NCBI GenBank assembly: GCA_963725865.1
Contig: CAVSAC010000010.1
Location: 448,001 to 512,000, forward strand
DNA: 64,000 nt
Reading direction: 5' to 3'
Origin: Candidatus Eiseniibacteriota bacterium
GTDB lineage: Bacteria > Eisenbacteria > RBG-16-71-46
Positions 8,790 through 19,912 of this stretch are shown in pieces (within the stretch, counting starts at the first letter, position 1; the number at the start of each line of letters is the position of its first letter). The translations under genes were made by a program, and so were the position numbers. The notes under the pieces were generated by a model, which was not told where the DNA came from, ran no database searches, and saw only the letters and a list, made by a program, of their open reading frames with translations.

Positions 8790-9734
8790 ATGCCCGTCCC
8801 GTCATCGCGCTGGTCACTCCGGCCCCACATCGCCCGCATCGCCACCGCGCTCCTGCTGCTCGCGACACCCGTCGGTGCGCTCGCCCAGCCGGCGGTCGGC
8901 TTCATGGAGAGTTTTCCCGGCACGCTGACCTCTGGCTGGGGCGGAGGCGCCGTGGTCTCCAATCCCGGCACCGGCGGCGCGCTCGGGGCAGGCGACGGCT
9001 TCCTGCGTATCGCGGTGCCCGGACCGCTGCCCGGGAATCTCGGCTCGTTCGTCCAGACCCCGGCGTACGTCGGCGACTGGACCGCCGTCGGCATCCACCA
9101 GGTCGATCTGTGGCTGAACGACGTCGGCGAGCTGGACACGCTCGAGATGCACTTCGTGATCGGGAACGCGGTGGCCGAGAATATCTGGGAGTACAGCCTC
9201 GGGTTCGTGCCGCCGGCCGGCCAGTGGGCGCACTTCGTCGTCGATCTGAGGGACTCGGCGTCGTTCTCGCGGATCGGCACCGGACCCGGCAACTACACCC
9301 AGGCCTTGACCCAGGTGGACCGCATCCTCGTGCGCCACGACTTCGCGCCGTACACGCGGTTCCCCGACACCGTGGTCGGCGACGTCGGGCTCGACGAGCT
9401 GCTGCTGAGCGGGGGCACCACCGGCGTGGGCGACGGCGGGCCGCGCTCGCGGCCGCGCGCGGTCCAACTCGCGCCCCCGATGCCCAACCCGGCGCGCGGT
9501 CGCGTGACGCTGCGGATGGAGACGCGCGAGGCCGCGCCGGTGCGCATCCAGATCGTGGATGCCCTGGGCCGGCTGGTCCGCCACGCCGAGCTGCCGGCCG
9601 CGGCACCCGGCGCCCGCACCTGGACGTGGGATGGCGTGGACGACCGCGGCAGCCGGGCGGCCGCGGGCGTCTATCGCGTCCGCGCCGTGGGACCCGGCGG
9701 CGGCACCAGCCGGCCGCTCGTGCTGCTCCGCTAG
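8790..9734 (+). CDS. Secreted protein with C-terminal FlgD-like Ig sorting domain
   Basis: Signal peptide (ALAQ); C-terminal PMPNPARG...IVDALGRLVR...WTWDGVDDRG...GVY. Confidence 0.85.
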   Translation: MPVPSSRWSLRPHIARIATALLLLATPVGALAQPAVGFMESFPGTLTSGWGGGAVVSNPGTGGALGAGDGFLRIAVPGPLPGNLGSFVQTPAYVGDWTAVGIHQVDLWLNDVGELDTLEMHFVIGNAVAENIWEYSLGFVPPAGQWAHFVVDLRDSASFSRIGTGPGNYTQALTQVDRILVRHDFAPYTRFPDTVVGDVGLDELLLSGGTTGVGDGGPRSRPRAVQLAPPMPNPARGRVTLRMETREAAPVRIQIVDALGRLVRHAELPAAAPGARTWTWDGVDDRGSRAAAGVYRVRAVGPGGGTSRPLVLLR

Positions 9735-9822
9735 GCCGCTGCGCGCGGCCGCCGTGCGCCGACCGCTGCGGCGATCACCCGCGCCGGTGCCGTCGCGGTC
9801 CGCGCACGCTATGCTGCGCCCC

Positions 9823-10191
9823 ATGTCGAATCCGGGGGAGACCGCGGTGCAGGTGCTGCCGGACGCGCGACGCGTCGGCGAGACGCAGGGCGTGCGCTTC
9901 CGCGTGACGCTCGAGGGCGTGTCGTACGACGCGTTCGCGGTCCGCTGGAGCGGGCGGCTTCACGCCTACGTGAATCGCTGCCCCCACCAGGGCAACGCGC
10001 TCGACTTCGGCGATGCGGTGTTCTTCGACGAAGCGTGCGACGCGCTGGTCTGCACCCACCACGGCGCGCGCTTCCATCCGGCGGATGGCCTCTGCGTGGA
10101 TGGTCCGTGTCGCGGCGGGCGCCTCACGGCGCTGGCGCTCGAGCTGCGCGACGGCGCGCTCTGGTGCGTGGGCCGCGCCCTGCGTCCCTGA
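9823..10191 (+). CDS. Rieske [2Fe-2S] ferredoxin
   Basis: NRCPH...LVCTHHGARF...GLCVDGPC. Confidence 0.9.
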   Translation: MSNPGETAVQVLPDARRVGETQGVRFRVTLEGVSYDAFAVRWSGRLHAYVNRCPHQGNALDFGDAVFFDEACDALVCTHHGARFHPADGLCVDGPCRGGRLTALALELRDGALWCVGRALRP

Positions 10192-10245
10192 GCGCGAGCG
10201 GGCCGCGGACGACCGGCGCCCGCGGCCCGCTCACGCCCGCGCGGA

Positions 10246-10920
10246 TCAGCGCCGCGCCGGCGCGTTGAGATTCGCGATCACGCCCTTGTCGTTCAGGTCG
10301 AGATAGCCGACCAGCCGCGCGCTGCGGCGCACCGCGTCCGACAACGTGGCCGCCTTGCGGTCGGCCACGATCGCCCGCGCGAGCGCGGGGGTGAGCGCCA
10401 GCGGATGGCCGCGCTCGCCCTTGAAGCGCGGCACCAGGGCGTACGAGAAGCGGGTGCGCTCGCGGGCGTTGCGGTTGGCGGCGAGCGCCTGGAGCAGGAC
10501 GTTGCCGATCGAGGCGACGGTGGTCGCCGCCACGTGCGGGTGGTCGACCGGCAGCACCAGCAGCCCCGCGGGCTTGCGCTTGAGCGCGGCGGCAAGCCCC
10601 GACTGCACGCTCGACAGCATCCCGCGCTGCCAGCGCGCGTTGATCACGAACTGGCACTCGAGCCCCGGCGCCCCGTGGCCGTGCGCGTGGGCGAGGTCGG
10701 GATGCAGCCGGCCGTGCTCCACCAGCGTCTCGAACTCCGCGATGATGGCGCGCTGCACGGCGGTCGCATGGGCCCCCAGCACCACCACCACGTCGTCACA
10801 CGCGGCCCACAGATGCCGCACGCCGTGGACGGCGAACGACGCCGCCCCGGTGCGGACGAGCGCCTTGTCGTGTCCCATCCGGCGCGACGCGCCGGCGGCC
10901 AGCAGGACTCCCGCGAGCAT
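10246..10920 (-). CDS. mocA: Molybdenum cofactor cytidylyltransferase-like nucleotidyltransferase
   Basis: LLAAGASRRMG..KAL, GMLSSV..GL, PVDHP and GERGHP motifs; end of a xanthine-oxidase-family operon. Confidence 0.8.
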   Translation of the reverse strand: MLAGVLLAAGASRRMGHDKALVRTGAASFAVHGVRHLWAACDDVVVVLGAHATAVQRAIIAEFETLVEHGRLHPDLAHAHGHGAPGLECQFVINARWQRGMLSSVQSGLAAALKRKPAGLLVLPVDHPHVAATTVASIGNVLLQALAANRNARERTRFSYALVPRFKGERGHPLALTPALARAIVADRKAATLSDAVRRSARLVGYLDLNDKGVIANLNAPARR

Positions 10921-10923
10921 GAT

Positions 10924-11913
10924 CTACCTCCCTGTCGGGTCCGCGTCCTCGGTCCCCGCCTCCGCGGGGGCCGCATCGTGCATCTCCATGTCGGCCGGCC
11001 GCACGCCCGCGCGCGCGGGCGGCACCCAGCCGCGTTCGATCCCGAGCCCGCGTCGCACCGCGATGATCTGCGCCATCACGCTGACCGCGATCTCCTCGGG
11101 ACCGTCGGCGCCGATCGCCAGCCCGACCGGCGCGTGCAGGCGCGCGATTTCCTCGTCGCTGAAGCCCTTCGCCCGCAGCCGCAACGCGAACTTGCGCTGC
11201 TTGGCGGTGCTGCCGAGCATGCCGAGGAAGCGCAGCGGCCGCCGCAGCAGCCCCTGCACCAGGCGCTGGTCGATGGCGTGGTCGTGGGTGGTGATCACGG
11301 CGTAGTCCCCGGGCTGCGTGGCGAGCGAGCGCAGGAAGTCCTCGGGGTCCTGCACCGCCACCCGGGCCGTCGGGAAGCGCTCGGCGGTCGCCCACTCCGG
11401 GCGGCCGTCGATCACGGTCACGTCGAAGCCGCAGCCGGCGGCGATCGCCGCGAGCGGCTTGGCGATGTAGCCGGCGCCGAACACCCACAGCCGCGGCGCC
11501 ATCTCGACCACTTCGAGGAACACGCTCATCTCGCCTCCACAGCACATGCCGAGGTCCCGCGTGAGGTGGCGCTCGACGAGCGCGGTGCCGCCGCGCTCGA
11601 ACAGCTCGCGCGCGGCCGCCAGCACCTCGTGCTCGATCGCGCCGCCGCCGATGGTGCCGACGGTCAGGCCGTCGGCGGCGATCAGCATCCGCGCGCCGGC
11701 CTTGCGCGGGGTGTAGCCGCGCGCGGCGGTGACGGTGGCCATCACGAAGCGGCGCTGCTCGGCCCGCCAGCGCGCCAGCGCCTCCCAGACCTCGCCCTCG
11801 CGGGTGCGGCGCGGCAGGTCGATGCCGGGCGTGCCCCCGGTGCCGGTGGGCTCGCCCCCGCAGCGCTGCGCGCGATCGTGCTCGTCGAATTCCTCGGGTT
11901 CGCTCGGACTCAT
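10924..11913 (-). CDS. xdhC: XdhC/CoxI family molybdoenzyme maturation factor
   Basis: GYTPRKAGARM, GTIGGGAIE, GMCCGG, FGAGYIA, THDH and GMLGS...PVGLAIGA.GPEEIAVS motifs. Confidence 0.92.
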   Translation of the reverse strand: MSPSEPEEFDEHDRAQRCGGEPTGTGGTPGIDLPRRTREGEVWEALARWRAEQRRFVMATVTAARGYTPRKAGARMLIAADGLTVGTIGGGAIEHEVLAAARELFERGGTALVERHLTRDLGMCCGGEMSVFLEVVEMAPRLWVFGAGYIAKPLAAIAAGCGFDVTVIDGRPEWATAERFPTARVAVQDPEDFLRSLATQPGDYAVITTHDHAIDQRLVQGLLRRPLRFLGMLGSTAKQRKFALRLRAKGFSDEEIARLHAPVGLAIGADGPEEIAVSVMAQIIAVRRGLGIERGWVPPARAGVRPADMEMHDAAPAEAGTEDADPTGR

Positions 11914-12902
11914 GGCTGCTCGCTCGCGAGGGCGTCGCGCACCGTGCGGGTGACCATCACCGGCACCATGGCGCGCCGCCACTCGGTATCGTACGGCACA
12001 TTGGACAGCGGGTGACACTGCTGGTGGGCGGCATTGGCGAGGGCCGCGAGCGCCGCGTCGTCCAGCGGACGCCCGTTCAGCAGCGCGTCCAGTCCGGCGA
12101 CCACGCGCGGCTTGGCCGCCAGCGCGCTCACCACCAGCCGCGCCTCGGCGCAGATGCCGCCCTCCAGGCGGGTCGCGAACGCCACCGACAGCATCGGGAA
12201 GTCGATCGCCTTCCGCGGGCGCAGCTTGCGGTACGCGCTCCGCATCGCGCGGGCGCGCGCCGGCACCACCACGCGCGTCACCAGTTCGTCGGGGCGGCGC
12301 ACCGTGTTGTGCACTCCATCGCCGACGAAGAAGTCGTCGAGCTTCACGGTGCGCGTGCCGGCGTGGCTCGACAGCTCGACCGCGGCGTCGAGCGCGATCA
12401 ACATCGGCGCGACGTCCGAGGAGTGTGCCGCCACGCACCGACGGCCCTGCGGCACCACGTGGCAGACGGTGCCCGACTTCTTCAGGCAGTAGCCGATGGC
12501 CCCGCGCCAGAACAGCGTCTGGTTGTAGTACGTGCAGCGCGTGTCGAGGCACAGGTTGCCGCCCAGCGTGCCCATGTTGCGGATCTGGGGCGAGGCCACC
12601 TGCGACGCCGCGCGCGCCAGACCGGGCAGCTCGCGGGCGACCACCGGGTGCGCGGCCAAAGCGGCCAGCGTCGTCAGCGGACCCAGCACGAGGTCGCCGC
12701 CCTCCTCGCGCACGAAGCGCAGCGCGTCGAGCCCGCCGATGTGGATCACGCGCCGCGGCTCGTGCAGGCCGTGCTTGAGATTGGGCACCGCGTCGGTGCC
12801 GCCGGCCACCACCAGGCTCTCCTCGGGACGCTCGGCCAGCAGCGCGAGCGCCGCCTCCACCGTCGCGGGGTGCGTCCACTCGAAGCGCGGCAGCGTCAGC
12901 AT
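11910..12902 (-). CDS. hcrB: FAD/[4Fe-4S] subunit, 4-hydroxybenzoyl-CoA reductase beta-like
   Basis: AGGTD and ASPQIRNMGTLGGNLC, plus the Cys insertion CLDTRCTYYNQ..FWR...YCLK....CHV......C typical of HcrB. Confidence 0.85.
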   Translation of the reverse strand: MLTLPRFEWTHPATVEAALALLAERPEESLVVAGGTDAVPNLKHGLHEPRRVIHIGGLDALRFVREEGGDLVLGPLTTLAALAAHPVVARELPGLARAASQVASPQIRNMGTLGGNLCLDTRCTYYNQTLFWRGAIGYCLKKSGTVCHVVPQGRRCVAAHSSDVAPMLIALDAAVELSSHAGTRTVKLDDFFVGDGVHNTVRRPDELVTRVVVPARARAMRSAYRKLRPRKAIDFPMLSVAFATRLEGGICAEARLVVSALAAKPRVVAGLDALLNGRPLDDAALAALANAAHQQCHPLSNVPYDTEWRRAMVPVMVTRTVRDALASEQP

Positions 12903-12909
12903 CGCGCCC

Positions 12910-15386
12910 TCATCGTGCCGCTCCCGTGGCGCGCCGCTGGGCGCGCGCCCGCTCCCACGCGGCCCGCGCATCGGTCTCCTTCAGCAGGCCGAGCACCCGC
13001 GGCGGATGGAACGGGAGCCGCTGACAACGGATGCCGAGCGCGTCGTGGATGGCGTTCGCGATCGCGGGGATGCTCGGATGCAGCGGCCCTTCGCCCGCCT
13101 CCTTGGCGCCGTAGGGACCCTCGGGGTCCACCGACTCGACGATGAACGACTCCAGCGCTGGGGTATCGAGCGTGGTCGGGATGCGGTAGTCGAGCAGCGA
13201 GGGACCGTGGTGGATCCCCGGTCCGTGTCCGGGGGCGGCGGGCTTGAACGCCTGCTCCTCGAACAGCGCCTCGCCGAAGCCCATGTAGGCGCTGCCCTCC
13301 ATCTGCCCTTCGACCGTGACCGGGTTGAGCGCGCGCCCGCAGTCGTGCGCGACCCAGATGTGCGTGACGTCGACGAAGCCGGTCTCGGGGTCGCATTCCA
13401 CCTCGGCGACGTGCGCGGTGAACGAGTAGGCGGGCGAGGCGCCGATGGTGCCGCCGCGGTAGTCGCCGCCCAGCCGGGGGCTCTGGTACCAGCCCACCGC
13501 GCCGAGCGTGCCGTGACGCGCCTCCGCCAGCTGGAACGCCTCCCGCACGCTCATGCTGGCGCGCTGCGGGTCGCGGGTGTTGCACGCGACTCCCTGCGCG
13601 AGCGCGACCTCGCCGGGAGCGCAGCCCCAGCGCTCCGCGAGCGCATCGGCGACGCGCTCGCGCACCGTGCGCGCGGCGTCGAGGCAGGCGTTGCCGGCCA
13701 TGAACGTCTCGCGGCTGGAGTACGAGCCGAGGTCCACCGGGGTGAGATCGGTATCGGCAGCCACCACGCGCACGTCACCGAGCTCGAGCCCCAGCTCCTC
13801 GCAAACGATCAGCGCGAGCATCGAGTCGCTGCCCTGGCCGATGTCGGAGGCGCCGCAGAACACCGTGGCGCGCCCGCTGCGGTCGACCTTGAGCTGCACC
13901 GCGCTCTGCGGCATCTCGTTCGGGTAGATGCAGTAGTTGGTGCCGCTGATGTACATGCTGCCGGCGACCCCGACCCCGCGGCCGTAGGGCATCCGGCGAA
14001 ACTTCTCCTTCCAGCCCGAGGCGCGCTCCACCGCGTCGAGGCACTCGAGGAAGCCGTTCGAGGTGATGCGCATGCCGTTGACGGTGCGCGTGTGCTCGCC
14101 GATGGAGTTGCGCCGGCGCACCTCGATCGGATCGAGCCCGGCGGCCTCGGCGAGCCGGTCGATCTGGCACTCGAACGCGAACCGCGGCTGCACCGAGCCG
14201 TGGCCGCGCTTGGGCCCGCAGCACGGCTTGTTCGTGAACACGCGGGTCGAGTCAAAGTGGTAGGCGCCGATCCGGTAGGGCGCGGTCAGCAGTTGGCCCG
14301 AGTAATACGTGGTCACCAGTCCGAACGAGGAGTACGCGCCGCCGTCGAGCTGGATGCGCGCGTCGACGCCGGTCAGCGTGCCGTCGCGCTGCATGCCGGT
14401 GCGGTAGTGCAGCCGCATCGGGTGACGCCCGCGGTGCGCGTAGAAGACCTCCTCGCGGGTGTAGAGGATCTTGACCGGCCGCCCAGTCTGCATCGAGAGC
14501 CTCGCGGCGCAGAACTCGAGCGAGAACGGCTCGCTCTTGCCGCCGAACGCCCCGCCGATCACCGGCTGGATCACGCGCACGCGCTGGGTCGGCAGTCCCA
14601 GCACCTTCGCGAGGTCGCGGTGCAGGTAGTGCGCGACCTGGGTGCTGGACCAGACCGTGAGCAGTCCGCTCGGGTCGAAGTCCGCCACGCAGCAGTGCGG
14701 CTCGATCGCCGCGTGGGTGGAGCCCTCGTACCAGTACTCGGCCTCGACCACGTGGTCGCTCGCGGCCAGCGCCGCGTCGGTGTCGCCGAACGACAGCTCC
14801 ACGTGCTTGGAGATGTTGCCCTCGCGCACGTGGTCGTGGAGCTTGCGCTCGGGATGACCGAGCGCCTCGTCGATCGAGGTCACCGCTGGTAGCACCTCGT
14901 AGTCCACGCGGACCAGCGCCAGCGCCTCCTCGGCCAGCCGCTCGGAATCGGCCGCCACCGCGGCGACCGCGTCGCCGACGTAGCGCACCCGGTCCTCGCA
15001 CAGCGCCTGCTCGTCCTCGGTCCACGGGATGATGCCGTAGCGGATCGGCAGGTCGCGTCCGGTGATGACCGCGCGCACGCCCGGCAGCGCGAGCGCCGCG
15101 GAGGCATCGATCGCCAGGATGCGCGCGTGCGCGTGGGGGCTGCGCAGCAGCTTGGCGTGCAGCATGCGCGGCAGCACCAGGTCGTCGGCGTAGACCGCGC
15201 GCCCGGTGACCTTGGCGAGCCCCTCGATCTTGCGGTTGCGGCGCCCCACCACCGCGAACGATCCGTTGGGCGGCGCGCTGCGGCCCCCGGGCCACGCCGG
15301 CGGGCTCAGGCGCTCCTCGCGGGGCATCTGGCGGCCGACCGGCACCGCCATGTCCGGGCGTGCGGCGCCTTCGTGCTCGCCGTCGC

Positions 15387-15390
<4 letters not shown>
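12910..15390 (-). CDS. hcrA: Molybdopterin-binding subunit, 4-hydroxybenzoyl-CoA reductase alpha-like
   Basis: GGAFGGK, KRGHG, DIGQGS, GSYSSR and GAKEAGEG motifs of xanthine oxidase family large subunits. Confidence 0.85.
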
Positions 15391-15872
<482 letters not shown>

Positions 15873-16026
15873 TGGAACCTCGCGCGGGCCGGGCGGTATC
15901 CACAGCAGGACCGTGCGATTGAAGCCGCTCGGCGCGCGGGTGTCAACGCGCCGGAACCTCGCGGACCGCCGCGCGACCGCGGGCGACTTGCGGGGCCTCC
16001 ACGCCGCGGTCCACAATCACATCCGC

Positions 16027-17286
16027 ATGGACCCGTCGAATCCACATCCGGCCTCTCTGTGGTGGGTCGATCCCGGACCACCGTTCGCCACGCTGTCCGG
16101 CGAGCTCGACGCCGACGTCGTGATCCTCGGCGGCGGCATCAGCGGCATCACCCTCGCCCATACGATCGCGGAGCAGGGCGGGACCGTGATCCTGCTGGAT
16201 GTCGGGCCGCTCGCGGGCGCCGCCAGCGGTCGCAACGCCGGTTTCTTGCTCGCGATGCCGGCCGAACCCTACAGCGAGGGCATCGCTCTGTGGGGCCGCG
16301 CCGGCGCCCGCGCGGTGCTGGAGACCGGACGACGCTCGCACCAGCGCGTGCGTTCGCTGGTCGAGTCGCTGGGCCTCGATTGCGACTACCAGGCCCGCGG
16401 CTCCTACCGCCTCGCGCGCACCGAGGAGGAGGCCGAGGATCTGCGCGCCTCGCTCCCGCTGATGCACGCGGACGGGTTCGCGATGCGCGAGGTGCCGGCG
16501 ATCGAGGCGCTCCCGAACCCGGCGGTCGCCGCGCGCTTCGTCGCCGCGTTCGAGGTGGCCGAGGACGGTGAGATCCACCCGGTGCGATTCCTCCACGGCG
16601 TCGCGCGGGCGGCGATCCAGCGCGGCGCCCGGCTGTTCGAGCACTCGCCCGCGCTGGGCGCGCGCTGGCAGGGCGGACTCTGGGAGGTGCGCGCGGAACG
16701 CGGCGTCGCGCGCGCGCGCGCGCTGGTGCTGGCGACCAACGCGTACGCCCCGCGGCTCTGCCCCGGGCTCGGCGCCCTCATCCAACCGCGGCGCGGGCAG
16801 ATGCTCAGCACCGCGCCGATCGGCCGCGCGATCTCGACCCGGCCCGTCTATGCGCACTGGGGCTACCAGTACTGGCGCCAGCTCGCCGATGGGCGGCTGG
16901 TGATCGGTGGCTGGCGCGACGTCGACCTCGACGGCGAGACCGGCTTCGGCGACGAACCCACGGCGCGCATCCAGTCGGCGATCGAGCGCGGACTCGCGGA
17001 GCTGGTGCCCGAGGGGATCGCGATCGAGCGCCGCTGGGCGGGCACGATGGGCTTCGCGCGCGATGGCCGCCCGTTGGTGGGCTGGCTCGACGCGCAGCAT
17101 CACCTCGCGATCTGCGCCGGCTTCACCGGCCACGGCATGGGCATGGCCGCCGCATGTACCGTCGACCTCGCGCAGGTGTTGGCGTTCCGCCGCGCGCCCG
17201 GGATCGAGACCTACGACCCGTCGCGCTTCCCCGAACTGCGCGCGACCCGCGACGGCGTCACGGCATTGGGCACCGCGAGCGGCTGA
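16027..17286 (+). CDS. FAD-dependent oxidoreductase (DAO/PuuB-like)
   Basis: GGGISG, ASGRNAG, LATNAY, WAGTMGF..DGRPLVG and GFTGHG motifs. Confidence 0.88.
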   Translation: MDPSNPHPASLWWVDPGPPFATLSGELDADVVILGGGISGITLAHTIAEQGGTVILLDVGPLAGAASGRNAGFLLAMPAEPYSEGIALWGRAGARAVLETGRRSHQRVRSLVESLGLDCDYQARGSYRLARTEEEAEDLRASLPLMHADGFAMREVPAIEALPNPAVAARFVAAFEVAEDGEIHPVRFLHGVARAAIQRGARLFEHSPALGARWQGGLWEVRAERGVARARALVLATNAYAPRLCPGLGALIQPRRGQMLSTAPIGRAISTRPVYAHWGYQYWRQLADGRLVIGGWRDVDLDGETGFGDEPTARIQSAIERGLAELVPEGIAIERRWAGTMGFARDGRPLVGWLDAQHHLAICAGFTGHGMGMAAACTVDLAQVLAFRRAPGIETYDPSRFPELRATRDGVTALGTASG

Positions 17287-17433
17287 GGCTCGGCGCGCCC
17301 GATCGACTCCGATCCCGGTCGCTCACGGAGCTTCACGCCCCTTCTCGCGGCGCGCTATACTGCGTCCGCCTTCATGCACTCCGCCCTTCTGACGACCATT
17401 CGGCGCCCGTCGGCGCCAGGGAGACGCCGCGAT

Positions 17434-18825
17434 ATGGAACTCAAGACGCTCGATGAAATCCGCATTGCCGCCGCCGCGATCGCCACCGGGAATGGTGATG
17501 CGCTCGATCGCCTCGTATGGACCGGTGTGTTCGGCGCGGTCGAGTTGCGCGACGCCGCGCGGGCCGCGGTGCTGGGCCAGTGCCGCTCGGCCGACATCTA
17601 TCCGGCCTCGATCCACGGCGTGTACACCGCCCGCGGCCGTGGCGAGGCCCCGTGCGACTTCACGGTTCCCGCGATCAACATCCGCGGCCTCGCCTACGAC
17701 ACCGCCCGCGCACTGATGCGCGCGCGCAAGGCGCTGGATGCGGGCGCGGTGATCTGCGAGATCGCGCGCTCCGAGATCGTGTACACCGATCAGCGTCCCG
17801 CCGAGTACGTCTTCGTCGTGATGGCCGCCGCGCTGCGCGAGGGCGTTCAGGGTCCGTTGTTCATCCAGGGCGACCACTTCCAGGTGAACGCCAAGAAGTA
17901 CGCCGCCGACCCGGCCGCCGAGCTGAAGGCGGTCAAGGACATCACCGCGCAGGGGATCGTGGCGGGCTTCTACAACATCGACGTGGACACCTCGACGCTG
18001 GTCGATCTCTCGAAGGACGGTCACGAGGCACAGCAGCAGCTCAACGGCGGACTGTGCGCCGAGCTGACGGCGTACATCCGCCAGATCGAGCCGCGGAGCG
18101 TGACGGTGTCGGTGGGCGGCGAGATCGGCGAGGTGGGGTCCAAGAACTCGACGCCCGAAGAGCTCGACGCGTTCATGAAGGTCTACCAGGCGGCACTCGC
18201 GAAGCACGCCCCGGGCAAGCCCGGCATCAGCAAGATCTCGATCCAGACCGGCACCTCGCACGGCGGCGTGCCGCTTCCGGACGGCACGATCGCGCAGGTC
18301 AAGATCGACTTCGACGCGATCGACCGCATCTCCAAGCTCGCGCGCGAGCGGTATGCGATGGGCGGCGCGGTGCAGCACGGCGCCTCGACCCTGCCGGCCG
18401 AGCTGTTCGACCGCTTCCCGGCGCTGGGCGCCTGCGAGATCCACCTGGCGACCGAGTTCCAGAACATGCTGTTCGACCACCCCGCGTTCCCGGCGGAGCT
18501 CAAGCAGGCGATCTACGCGAAGCTGCGCGAGACCGACGCGGGCGACCGCAAGGCGACCGACACCGACGAGCAGTTCTTCTACAAGACTCGCAAGAAGGCG
18601 ACCGGCGCCTGGAAGCGCCAGCTGTGGTCGCTGCCCGCCGACGTGCGCGGCGCGATCGGCAAGTCGCTCGAGGACAAGTTCCGGTTCCTGCTCCAGAAGC
18701 TGCGCGTCAACGGCACCGCGGCGATGGCGGCGAAGTTCGCACCGTACGTCGAGGGCAGCTTCCCGAGCCTCGGGGCCGCGCTCGTCGCGCACGCGCCCGA
18801 GGACGTCTCGGGGCTGTCGGACTGA
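17434..18825 (+). CDS. fba: Class II fructose-bisphosphate aldolase (long, divergent type)
   Basis: TVPAINIR, QGDH, GEIGEVG, TGTSHGG and VQHGAST motifs; directly upstream of FBPase. Confidence 0.8.
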   Translation: MELKTLDEIRIAAAAIATGNGDALDRLVWTGVFGAVELRDAARAAVLGQCRSADIYPASIHGVYTARGRGEAPCDFTVPAINIRGLAYDTARALMRARKALDAGAVICEIARSEIVYTDQRPAEYVFVVMAAALREGVQGPLFIQGDHFQVNAKKYAADPAAELKAVKDITAQGIVAGFYNIDVDTSTLVDLSKDGHEAQQQLNGGLCAELTAYIRQIEPRSVTVSVGGEIGEVGSKNSTPEELDAFMKVYQAALAKHAPGKPGISKISIQTGTSHGGVPLPDGTIAQVKIDFDAIDRISKLARERYAMGGAVQHGASTLPAELFDRFPALGACEIHLATEFQNMLFDHPAFPAELKQAIYAKLRETDAGDRKATDTDEQFFYKTRKKATGAWKRQLWSLPADVRGAIGKSLEDKFRFLLQKLRVNGTAAMAAKFAPYVEGSFPSLGAALVAHAPEDVSGLSD

Positions 18826-18844
18826 GCCGGCCGCGAGCTCGACC

Positions 18845-19885
18845 GTGGACCACCGCGCCGTCACGCTGCACCAGTTCGTGCTCCAGCAGGAGCGGCTGCA
18901 TCCCGGAGCGACCGGGGAGTTCACCGGCGTGCTCATCGACATCGCGCTCGCGGCCAAGCTGATCAACCGCGAGGTGGTGCGCGCCGGACTGGTCGACATC
19001 CTGGGCTACACCGGGAGCTCGAACGTCCACGGCGAGAAGGTGCAGAAGCTGGACCGCTTCGCCCACGAGACCATCTACCGCGTGCTGGGCTCGACCGGCC
19101 AGCTCGCGGTACTGGCCTCGGAGGAGGACGAGAACGTCATCCACGTGCCCGAGGACCAGCCGATCGGCAAGTACGTGGTGAACTTCGATCCGCTCGACGG
19201 GTCCTCGAACATCAACGCGAATGTGAACATCGGGACGATCTTCTCGATCCTCCCGCGCGTCACCAGCGGCGGGGGCGGGGCGCTGCGCGACTGCCTGCAG
19301 CCGGGCTCGCACCAGGTCTGCGCGGGATACGTGATGTACGGCTCGAGCACCATGCTGGTCTACACCACCGGCCAGGGCGTCCACGGATTCACGTACGAGC
19401 CGAGCGTGGGCGAGTTCCTGCTGTCGCATGCCGCGATCCGCACGCCGCGGCGTGGGCGCATCTACAGCGTGAACGAGGGCAACTACGTCCACTGGGACGA
19501 CGGCGTCAAGCGCTACGTCGACTGGCTCAAGGGCGACGACGCCGCGACCGGACGACCCTACAGCGCCCGCTACGTGGGCTCGCTGGTGGCGGACTTCCAC
19601 CGCAATCTGCTCTACGGCGGCATCTACCTGTATCCCGCCGACGGCAAGAGCGCGCGGGGCAAGCTGCGCGTGCTCTACGAGTGCGCGCCGCTCGCCTTCA
19701 TCGCCGAGCAGGCCGGAGGCGCCGCCAGCGACGGCCACCGCCGCATCATGGAGCTGGAGCCCGAGACGCTGCACGAGCGCACGCCGCTGTTCCTCGGCAG
19801 CTGCGAGGACGTTGCAGAGTGCGAGCGCTTCGTGCAGGGCCACCACCCGGCGATCACCCAGGACCGGCGCGCCCGGCACACCTAG
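18845..19885 (+). CDS. fbp: Fructose-1,6-bisphosphatase class 1
   Basis: GE.VQKLD, ASEE, FDPLDGSSN, RYVGSLVADFHR and GKLRVLYE motifs. Confidence 0.96.
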   Translation: MDHRAVTLHQFVLQQERLHPGATGEFTGVLIDIALAAKLINREVVRAGLVDILGYTGSSNVHGEKVQKLDRFAHETIYRVLGSTGQLAVLASEEDENVIHVPEDQPIGKYVVNFDPLDGSSNINANVNIGTIFSILPRVTSGGGGALRDCLQPGSHQVCAGYVMYGSSTMLVYTTGQGVHGFTYEPSVGEFLLSHAAIRTPRRGRIYSVNEGNYVHWDDGVKRYVDWLKGDDAATGRPYSARYVGSLVADFHRNLLYGGIYLYPADGKSARGKLRVLYECAPLAFIAEQAGGAASDGHRRIMELEPETLHERTPLFLGSCEDVAECERFVQGHHPAITQDRRARHT

Positions 19886-19912
19886 CGGCCGCGGGCCTCC
19901 CGAGCGTTCGAG

